Of a DNA stretch of 39,050 nucleotides, positions 24,006-31,166 are shown in pieces (the first letter of the stretch is position 1; each line of letters begins with the position of its first letter). Under the pieces are notes generated by a model. The model was not told where the DNA came from and searched no databases. It was given only the letters and a program-made list of their open reading frames with translations. Position numbers and translations under genes: made by a program. This DNA comes from an uncultured Candidatus Saccharibacteria bacterium (GTDB taxonomy: Bacteria > Patescibacteriota > Minisyncoccia > Minisyncoccales > GWA2-38-27): contig CAYYDH010000001.1 in the NCBI GenBank assembly GCA_964470615.1, forward strand, positions 1 through 39,050, written 5' to 3'.

Positions 24006-24848
24006 GTGTCATTCTCTGAAGATGTTTTTGAAAACGGCGATAAATACAACGAGTTGCTCCGGGCAGTTCCTCAAAACAGATTGCTGATAAACAATAAGAA
24101 AGATTTTCTAATTAATGAGAATGAAAAATTAGATGCCTTTCATAAGATTGCTGAAAAAATATCTTCGGCAAGAAAAAACGCCAGTAAAGAAGATATTTTA
24201 AGAATAGCCTCTTATAATGCCGCAAAGGTTTTCGACATGCAAAATGAGCTCCCGGATAAATATATATATAAAATTAGAAACTCATTATATATAAACGTTA
24301 CCAATCGTTGTACAAATAATTGTGATTTTTGTCCTCGTTTAATAGAGCCCGTGGTAAAAGGCCATTACCTAAAAATCAAAAAAGAGCCGGGCGCCAAAGA
24401 TATTATAGACCGCATAAATGCGTTAGGAGACCCTAGAAAATTCGACGAGATTATTTTTTGCGGGTATGGAGAGCCTACTACTCGATTGGATGTCGTAAAA
24501 GGAATCGCTAAATGGCTAAAAGATAAAGGTTGCAAGACAAGAATAAATACAAACGGGCACGCAAATCTCATCGCCAAAAAAGATGTACTCACTGAATTAA
24601 ATGGCTTGTTTGATATAATTTCCATAAGCCTCAATTTTCACTCATCAAAATTATATGATAAGCATTGCCATCCGGTCTTTAAAAATACATGGGATGGAAT
24701 TTTAGATTTTGCAAAAAAAGCCAGGGAAGTTTCGCCGAAGGTTATTCTATCCGTTGTCAGCGGAGCAAAAGATGTTGATGTAGAAAAATGCCGAAAAATT
24801 GCAGAGAAAATCGGCGTAAATTTCAGAGAAAGGACTTATTATAAATAA
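24006..24848 (+). CDS. radical SAM protein (TatD-associated type) with an in-frame TatD-C-terminus-like N-extension
   Basis: CX3CX2C motif CTNNCDFC, and FCGYGEPT. The N-terminal 77 aa (VPQNRLLINN...KEDILRIASYNAAKVFDM) look like the end of a TatD hydrolase with the ETD residues lost. The track start is a GTG at 24006. An internal ATG at 24237 would give an enzyme of about 203 aa. Confidence 0.7.
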   Translation: MSFSEDVFENGDKYNELLRAVPQNRLLINNKKDFLINENEKLDAFHKIAEKISSARKNASKEDILRIASYNAAKVFDMQNELPDKYIYKIRNSLYINVTNRCTNNCDFCPRLIEPVVKGHYLKIKKEPGAKDIIDRINALGDPRKFDEIIFCGYGEPTTRLDVVKGIAKWLKDKGCKTRINTNGHANLIAKKDVLTELNGLFDIISISLNFHSSKLYDKHCHPVFKNTWDGILDFAKKAREVSPKVILSVVSGAKDVDVEKCRKIAEKIGVNFRERTYYK

Positions 24849-24849
24849 T

Positions 24850-25692
24850 ATGCAAATCAATAAAGAAATAGAAATACCATTCGCGGCAATACAGCTTACA
24901 AACAGATGTAATTTGAACTGCCAATTTTGTTTTAGAAGAAGAGTCACCGAAGAATTGTTTCTGACTATAGAAAAAATCATAAAAAACCTTAAAGTATGCA
25001 ACGTGAAATCCCTTGTCTTGTCGGGTGGGGAGCCGCTTTTAAGAAGCGACATTAAAGAAATATTGAAATTATGTAGGGAACTAAAAATAGGAAGTGTGCT
25101 TCAGTCGAACGGCGTTATTTTAGAAAAAAATCTGCCGGAAATTTTGCCATATATAGATTGGCTTTCAGTTTCATTAGATGGAGATACGGCAGAAAAAAAT
25201 TCCTTAATGAGGAGCAGAGAGCAATTTAATGCAATCGTCAAAGTGCTCCCGCTTATTAAAAAAAATAATATAAACGTAAAGCTTGGGACGGTTGTCAGTA
25301 AAAAAAATTATGAAAATATCGAGGGCATTGGAAATTTAATAAAGCCGTACGTTACGATCTGGAAGTTGTACCAATTCTATCCCCGGTTCAATACTGCTGC
25401 CGGTGACAATCAGGAGCAGTTCATAATCGAAGATTACTTATTCAGAGAAGTGGCAGAAAAAATAAAGAAAAAATTTCCTGATATGCGTATCTCGACACAC
25501 ACAGTTGAAGAATTTAATAAAAGTCCCTGCTTGTTGATAGATCCGAATGGCAAAGTTTATGTCACTAAGGAGAATAAAGATTGCTTTATCGGTGACGTTC
25601 TAAACGATCCCGACGGCTTTATTAAAAATTATGAAAAAATGGGCATAGCTGAGGAAATACAAAAAAACTTTGAAAAAACATATAAAAATTAA
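24850..25692 (+). CDS. radical SAM protein, viperin-like architecture
   Basis: CNLNCQFCF (Cys20 at nt 24907), LSGGEPLL, SNGVIL, SVSLDGD. The C-terminal half has IWKLYQFYP and PCLLIDPNGKVYV, which line up with human RSAD2 blocks RWKVFQCL and SYLILDEYMRFL (recalled from memory). Confidence 0.75.
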   Translation: MQINKEIEIPFAAIQLTNRCNLNCQFCFRRRVTEELFLTIEKIIKNLKVCNVKSLVLSGGEPLLRSDIKEILKLCRELKIGSVLQSNGVILEKNLPEILPYIDWLSVSLDGDTAEKNSLMRSREQFNAIVKVLPLIKKNNINVKLGTVVSKKNYENIEGIGNLIKPYVTIWKLYQFYPRFNTAAGDNQEQFIIEDYLFREVAEKIKKKFPDMRISTHTVEEFNKSPCLLIDPNGKVYVTKENKDCFIGDVLNDPDGFIKNYEKMGIAEEIQKNFEKTYKN

Positions 25693-25703
25693 CCTATAAA
25701 AAT

Positions 25704-26348
25704 ATGAAAAACATAGGCCAATACGACGATGAATATTCTAAATGCCCTTGCTTTTGGGGTACGGAACCTGCGAAATATGTGAAACTAGTTCCAAAATATT
25801 TTTCTTCAGGTAGTGCATTAGATTTAGGAGCTGGAGAAGGGAAAAATAGCGCGTATCTCGCTTCTCTTGGTTTTAATGTTACGGCGATTGAAGTTTCGCT
25901 ATATGCTGTTAGAAACTTTATCAGTTGGCTTTTAAAAAATAAGGAGAAGAGCGATTCTATTGCGGAAAAAATTGACATAATCTGCGCAGACGTAAGAAAA
26001 CTGGACGGATTAATCAATAAAAAATATAATGTCGTAATTGCCTATGGGCTTTTGCATTGCTTCAAATCTAAAAGCGAGATAGCTGACTTTGTGAATAAAA
26101 TGAAAGATAAAACTGCAAAAGGAGGCATAAATGTTATCAGTACATTCACAGACGAGGCGCCAATACCAGAAATTCAGGATTATTTAGTCCCTACCCTATT
26201 GTCCAAAAATGAGCTAAAAGACACATTCTACAAAGATTGGGAAATTCTTGATTATGAACATGGCTTTATTGAGCACACTCATCCTACTTCTCAAACAATG
26301 CACAAGCACGGCCTATGCAGAATGATTGCGAAAAAAAATAAGCCATAG
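25704..26348 (+). CDS. class I SAM-dependent methyltransferase, TehB-like
   Basis: 214 aa with CPCFWGTEPAKYV, motif I LDLGAGEGKNSAYLA and VTAIEVS. Confidence 0.8.
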   Translation: MKNIGQYDDEYSKCPCFWGTEPAKYVKLVPKYFSSGSALDLGAGEGKNSAYLASLGFNVTAIEVSLYAVRNFISWLLKNKEKSDSIAEKIDIICADVRKLDGLINKKYNVVIAYGLLHCFKSKSEIADFVNKMKDKTAKGGINVISTFTDEAPIPEIQDYLVPTLLSKNELKDTFYKDWEILDYEHGFIEHTHPTSQTMHKHGLCRMIAKKNKP

Positions 26349-26354
26349 ACTAAC

Positions 26355-27875
26355 TTGGAAAAAGATATTTTCAGCGAAAATAATTCTCGAATTTTGCGAA
26401 AATGGCTAATCGATAATGTAAAATTTACCGACAATAATTTGGCACTCAAAAAATCTTTTTACGCAGTGATGAACCCTATAAACTTTTGCCCAGTTGGATG
26501 TCCTCATTGCTTGTATTCATCCTTAAAACTTAAGAAACCTTTAGAACAGATAAACAGAAAAACAATGATGCAATTTATAAAAATTGCCAATCAGGCTAAG
26601 ATAAAAATGCTTGTATTTTCTGGCGGCGGCGAGCCTTTCGAAAATTTATCTATAATACTGGATGGCGTAAAAAAAATTAAAACACTAGAAGATGTGGTTA
26701 TAATAACGAGCGGCTATTTCGCAAAAGACAAAAAAACCGCAGAGCTAGTTCTCGAAAAAATTTATAAAGCCGCTAATTCAGATAGAAAAAAAATTGGATT
26801 AGAACCGCTTATAATAACTCTAAGGATAAGCCGAGATAATTCGCAATGCAAAACTGTTCCACTAGAGAACATCTTACATATTTTAAGGTATTTTATCAAA
26901 AAAAATGACTTTTTAAATTTTAGGGCGCTCATCAGGACGATATTGGACTATAATGAGAATAACGATGTTGAGTTGGCAAAAGATTTAAATTTAGAACTTC
27001 TACCCCCAAAAAATAATAAAAATCTCTATAAAAATCTGCCTATTATAGACGGGCTACCGGTAAGATGGATGATTGACAAAAATTATAATATTGAAATCCC
27101 CGTGATTTACAAACCCCTATATTTCGTTGGCAGAGTATCTAACACGAATTCAAAAAACATTCATTCTCTGTGGGGAATAGTAGAATCTGAAAAAAAATCA
27201 GGAACCCCTCTAAACCTTTGCACGCGAGGCCCAAAGGGCGAAGGGCATAACTATTACGAAACGCTTTTCAAAGGTTATAAAAACTGGAAAAAATCACCGC
27301 TACCCGTGCTAGACGTGCCCAAAAATAAGATTAAAAAAGAACTAGCCTTGTACGTTCCTGCGTCTGGTGATCTGCTTATCAATAACGGAGCTCCAGATAT
27401 CGCACCTTCTTTAAATAAATTAAACAACTGGAACCAATTTTTAAAAATAATTTATTCAGATCCTGTAGAAAGGCTTTTAATCGAAAAAGGACCGTTTTTT
27501 GTCAAAAATATAGCAAAAGAGGTAGAAAAAGATATTGACGAAAAAATAGATAAAACCAACTTTGTTTTTTCTATATCTCTATTAAGTCTCGTTACCCCAT
27601 CCTTGCGATTATATGCTACAATCAGAGCAATCCAATATTATCTGGATAGAAATAAACTAAGGCTGAAAAATCATCTTGTTAAAAAAATAACGGAACTAGA
27701 CTGGATTGACCTGTATAGTCAACACAAACAAGGCCTTTTTACCAAGGGAAAAAAGAAAAAAAGATATATGGATCCAATAACAGGAGATGCACAAAATATT
27801 GTACTGGGATACGAATTTGATACCAACACTTCCATAAAAACGATAAATATGCTATTATCTCAATATAGTGGCTGA
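26355..27875 (+). CDS. large radical-SAM-like protein of unknown family
   Basis: 506 aa with CX3CX2C CPVGCPHC and FSGGGEPFEN. About 300 aa of unrecognised Lys/Asn-rich C-terminal sequence follows. The start is a TTG, 7 nt after the methyltransferase stop. Confidence 0.6.
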   Translation: MEKDIFSENNSRILRKWLIDNVKFTDNNLALKKSFYAVMNPINFCPVGCPHCLYSSLKLKKPLEQINRKTMMQFIKIANQAKIKMLVFSGGGEPFENLSIILDGVKKIKTLEDVVIITSGYFAKDKKTAELVLEKIYKAANSDRKKIGLEPLIITLRISRDNSQCKTVPLENILHILRYFIKKNDFLNFRALIRTILDYNENNDVELAKDLNLELLPPKNNKNLYKNLPIIDGLPVRWMIDKNYNIEIPVIYKPLYFVGRVSNTNSKNIHSLWGIVESEKKSGTPLNLCTRGPKGEGHNYYETLFKGYKNWKKSPLPVLDVPKNKIKKELALYVPASGDLLINNGAPDIAPSLNKLNNWNQFLKIIYSDPVERLLIEKGPFFVKNIAKEVEKDIDEKIDKTNFVFSISLLSLVTPSLRLYATIRAIQYYLDRNKLRLKNHLVKKITELDWIDLYSQHKQGLFTKGKKKKRYMDPITGDAQNIVLGYEFDTNTSIKTINMLLSQYSG

Positions 27876-27879
27876 GACG

Positions 27880-28041
27880 CTGCTGACACAGCTGAGCCTA
27901 AGGAAGAAAGCCTAACGGCAAGTAGAACCTTACGGGAGTTCCCGTCATAGAACTAAATGAAGTTAAAAAGCGAGGTGGCACCGCGGAAAGACCGCCCTTG
28001 CAAGGTTATCAATTTTTGGTAACTTAGCAAGGGCAATTTTT
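27880..28041 (+). promoter_or_regulatory. T-box riboswitch leader controlling aspS
   Basis: The T-box sequence is AGCGAGGUGGCACCGCGG (27970..27986). An antiterminator can be drawn as A1 GAGG/CCUU, a 7-nt bulge UGGCACC (27976..27982) and A2 GCGG/CCGC. A mutually exclusive 16-bp terminator hairpin lies at 27994..28034, followed by AAUUUUUA. Confidence 0.7.
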
Positions 28042-28063
28042 ATTAAAATTAAAAAAGAAAAAC

Positions 28064-29347
28064 ATGGAAAGAATATTAATAAATCAAATAGAAAAAAAAG
28101 AAGGACAGAAAATAACGATTAAGGGTCGCATTTTAAACATGAGAAATCTCGGCAATGTTGTGTTTTTAATCGTCCAAGACTATACCGGCACCATACAGGT
28201 TGTTTTCAATAAGAGCGTAGAAGTTAAGATTGGAGATTCTGTCGCCATAGAGGGTGTCGCAGAAAAAGAGCCAAGGTCTAAATACGGTTTTGAAATACAG
28301 GGTGGAACCATAGAGGTTGTTTCTTCTGTTGTTGAAGACCTTCCTTTTGATTTAGCAAAGAATGATTTAAATTTAAATTTATCCACCCTTTTGGATTATC
28401 GCACACTCTCCCTGAGGCATCCAAAAGTGCAGGCAATTTTTAAGCTTTATGACATCTTTTTAAAAGGATACGAAACCGTTATGCGCGAGGAAGGATTCAC
28501 AGAAGTTAAAACTCCCAAAATTTTGGGAGTTGCAACAGAGGGCGGAGCAAACTTTTTCAAAGTTAAATACTTTGGTAAGGAAGCAACATTGGCTCAGAGT
28601 CCACAATTCTACAAGCAGATAATGGTTGGCGTTTTTGAAAGGGTTTTTGAGATCGGGTCCACCTTTCGTGCAGAGCCTCATTTTACTACAAGACACGTCA
28701 ACGAATATATTAGTTTAGACGCTGAAATGGGATATATAAAAGATTTCTATGACGTTATAGAAATGCTTAACAAGGTTTTGAAGAAAATATTCTTGATGAT
28801 TGAAAAAGAGGGAAAGCAATACCTAAATATGTACAACATTAAAATTTCAGAAGTTCCAGATAATATACCCATGGTAAAATTATCTGAGATAAGAAAAATT
28901 GTAAAAGAAAAATACAATTATTCAATTCCTGATGGTACAGATATTGATCCAGAAGGCGAAAGATTGGCTGGCAAATACACAAAGGAAGAATTCAATTCAG
29001 ATTTCATATTCATTACCCATTATCCCTGGAAAGAAAAGCCATTTTATACAATGCAGAGCAAAGAAAATCCGGAGGAAACTTACGGCTTTGATTTGATATA
29101 CAAAGGATTGGAAATAGTTACGGGCAGTCAGAGAATACATACCTACAAAGAGTTGATGGGGAACATGGGAAAGAAGAAAATAAAACCAGATGGAATGGAA
29201 TTCTACCTAGAAACCTTTAAATATGCTATGCCTCCGCACGGCGGTTGGGGTTGGGGTTCAGAGAGAACCATTCAACAAATTTTAGAATTACCAAGCATAA
29301 AAGAAGCCATATTATTTCCGCGAGATGTAAAAAGGCTAGTGCCGTGA
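28064..29347 (+). CDS. aspS: aspartyl-tRNA synthetase, archaeal/eukaryal-type (short, class IIb)
   Basis: 427 aa with an N-terminal OB fold, QSPQFYKQIM, motif 2 FRAEPHFTTRHVNEYISLDAEM and motif 3 PPHGGWGWGSER. Asp versus Asn specificity was not proven by eye. Confidence 0.8.
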   Translation: MERILINQIEKKEGQKITIKGRILNMRNLGNVVFLIVQDYTGTIQVVFNKSVEVKIGDSVAIEGVAEKEPRSKYGFEIQGGTIEVVSSVVEDLPFDLAKNDLNLNLSTLLDYRTLSLRHPKVQAIFKLYDIFLKGYETVMREEGFTEVKTPKILGVATEGGANFFKVKYFGKEATLAQSPQFYKQIMVGVFERVFEIGSTFRAEPHFTTRHVNEYISLDAEMGYIKDFYDVIEMLNKVLKKIFLMIEKEGKQYLNMYNIKISEVPDNIPMVKLSEIRKIVKEKYNYSIPDGTDIDPEGERLAGKYTKEEFNSDFIFITHYPWKEKPFYTMQSKENPEETYGFDLIYKGLEIVTGSQRIHTYKELMGNMGKKKIKPDGMEFYLETFKYAMPPHGGWGWGSERTIQQILELPSIKEAILFPRDVKRLVP

Positions 29348-29365
29348 ATAGAGCAAAGAAACAAA

Positions 29366-29396
29366 AATGAGCCCCTCTACGGCTCATTTTTTATTT
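29366..29396. terminator. bidirectional intrinsic terminator between aspS and the chorismate-mutase-like ORF
   Basis: AATGAGCC-CCTCTAC-GGCTCATT, flanked by an A-run upstream and a T-run downstream. Confidence 0.7.
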
Positions 29397-29675
29397 TTTA
29401 ACTTCTTCAACAACCGACGTCAGAATATCTCTTGCAAGCTGACTATTTATTCTTAATTTTGCAGCCAGCTTATCCGCTTTTCCCATTATTTCTGATTCCC
29501 TGTTTTTATCTTCTATCGGTAAACCTTTTTTCAATTTTAAGTTTTTTATCTTATTCGTAACCTTAAACCTTTTTGCTAATAACTTAATTAAGTCAGCATC
29601 AATTTTATCAATTTCCTTCCTAATTTTCCTAATCGTAAATTTTTCATATTTTATCTCTAATAAGATTATAACAAT
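29391..29675 (-). CDS. AroQ-type chorismate mutase (CM_2), open frame without a canonical in-frame start
   Basis: Hand translation gives ...EKFTIRKIRKEIDKIDADLIKLLAKRFKVTNKIKNLKLKKGLPIEDKNRESEIMGKADKLAAKLRINSQLARDILTSVVEEVKK*. This matches the LRxxIDxIDxxLLxLLxxR...K....P..D..RE pattern. The only nearby ATG (29647..29645) is one frame off. The ORF is not in the ORF track. Confidence 0.6.
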   Translation of the reverse strand: MVIILLEIKYEKFTIRKIRKEIDKIDADLIKLLAKRFKVTNKIKNLKLKKGLPIEDKNRESEIMGKADKLAAKLRINSQLARDILTSVVEEVKK

Positions 29676-29821
29676 TCATTAAAAAACATTAAAGCGGTAT
29701 TCTTTTGGCGGGGGTAAGTATTAGTTGAGAAGTGCTTTACGTGTCGTAAATGAGCCATGGGTTTTTTATTCCGAAAGTGGTAAAATAATACTATAATAAG
29801 AGAATAGTTGGCAGAAATAAG

Positions 29822-30490
29822 ATGTCAGAAGAGGCTAAATTTAAAGAAACAATTTGGATAAAATTTTGGTATTCTTTAATAAAAACGGTGCTTGGGCCGT
29901 TTATTCGTTGGGTTTGGATAAAAAAAGTCGAAGGATTAAAAAATATCCCGGAGCAGAAACCTTGTATAATCGCCGCAAATCATTCTAGTTATTTTGATTT
30001 TTTGTCTTTGGCTGCGATATCAAAAAGAAGAATCTATTTTTTAGCCGCAGAGAAATTTTTTAAAGGAAAAATTTGGGGCCCTTTGGTCAGACTAACCGGA
30101 CAAATAAAAGTTGAGAGAAAAAGTAAAGATAAGTCCCAAGTTTATAATCTAGTTTTATCTGCTATAAAGCAGGGTTATATAATTGGTGTTTTCCCCGAGG
30201 GCACGAGATCTCGAAACGGCGAAATTCATCAGGTTTATGGCGGTATAGCTAGGTTCGTTTTGGCCACAAGGGTTCCCGTAGTACCGGTTGGTATCTCTGG
30301 CGCCTTTGAAATTCTTCCCCCGCACAAAAAAATCCCCCAAATTAAAAAAAATATAGAAATTAAGATCGGTCAGTCGATGGAATTTGGAAAATATTATGAT
30401 AAGGAACAATCCGAAAAAGTCCTTCAAGATATTTCTGACGAAATAATGCTTAAAATAGCAGAGCTATCCGGTAAAAAATATCAGAGATAA
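29822..30490 (+). CDS. plsC: 1-acyl-sn-glycerol-3-phosphate acyltransferase
   Basis: 222 aa with the HX4D motif NHSSYFD and FPEGTRS. Confidence 0.85.
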   Translation: MSEEAKFKETIWIKFWYSLIKTVLGPFIRWVWIKKVEGLKNIPEQKPCIIAANHSSYFDFLSLAAISKRRIYFLAAEKFFKGKIWGPLVRLTGQIKVERKSKDKSQVYNLVLSAIKQGYIIGVFPEGTRSRNGEIHQVYGGIARFVLATRVPVVPVGISGAFEILPPHKKIPQIKKNIEIKIGQSMEFGKYYDKEQSEKVLQDISDEIMLKIAELSGKKYQR

Positions 30491-30494
30491 AAAC

Positions 30495-31166
30495 ATGAGA
30501 GAAACTGTGATAATTGATTTAGATGGGACCATAATAAAGGGCCAAAGCCAAAGACTTTTACTAGATTTTCTTTTTAAAAAAAGAATAATAAGCCCTTTCC
30601 AGTGCCTTAAAATTTATTTGTGGTTTATTTTTTATAAAACAGGGCTTGCTAAAAATCCCGAAAATATAATGCGCTATGCTTTTAGTTTTTTTGCGGGCAA
30701 GGCGGTCGGCGAAATTGACGAAATCATCGATGACTTCTTTGAAACAGTACTTAAAAAATTTATTTTCCAAGAAATGATTGATATAATAAATAAACATAGA
30801 AAAGAAAACAGAGAATTACTGATTGTTTCGAATGCGGCAGTGATTATTGTCCAGAAAATTGCACGTTTTTTAGACATTAAAAATTGTATAGGAACTAGAT
30901 TGGAAATAGTTAATAATAAGTTTACTGGGAATATTCTAGGAGATATTGTTTACGGAAAAAATAAAATAAAATCTGCTGTAGGTTTTTTAACATCCCATAA
31001 CTTATTAATAGAAGATTGTTGGGTCTACGCAGATCATATTTCTGATTTGCCATTATTGGAAATTGCGAATTGTCCGATTGTCGTCAATGCAGATGGTAAG
31101 TTATATAAAGAGGCAAAAAAAAGAAATTGGCAGACCTTAATTTTTAAAAAAACGATAAAAATATAA
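30495..31166 (+). CDS. HAD-IB family hydrolase (SerB-like phosphatase)
   Basis: DxDxT motif IDLDGTI, IVSNA and a C-terminal YADHISDLPLL. Confidence 0.8.
   Translation: MRETVIIDLDGTIIKGQSQRLLLDFLFKKRIISPFQCLKIYLWFIFYKTGLAKNPENIMRYAFSFFAGKAVGEIDEIIDDFFETVLKKFIFQEMIDIINKHRKENRELLIVSNAAVIIVQKIARFLDIKNCIGTRLEIVNNKFTGNILGDIVYGKNKIKSAVGFLTSHNLLIEDCWVYADHISDLPLLEIANCPIVVNADGKLYKEAKKRNWQTLIFKKTIKI

Noticed and set aside
24850-25692. Calling the radical SAM enzyme a bona fide prokaryotic viperin (pVip) defence gene
   Set aside because: The N-x-H residues before the Fe-S motif are missing, no nucleotide kinase is adjacent, and the resemblance was judged by eye only. It is kept as viperin-like, not pVip.
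22660-27875. RiPP (sactipeptide/ranthipeptide-type) cluster with a precursor peptide
   Set aside because: I found no small Cys-rich ORF in the short spacers (22660..22753, 23921..24005), and no peptidase or ABC exporter. None of the three intact enzymes shows a SPASM domain. This cannot be fully excluded without a small-ORF search.
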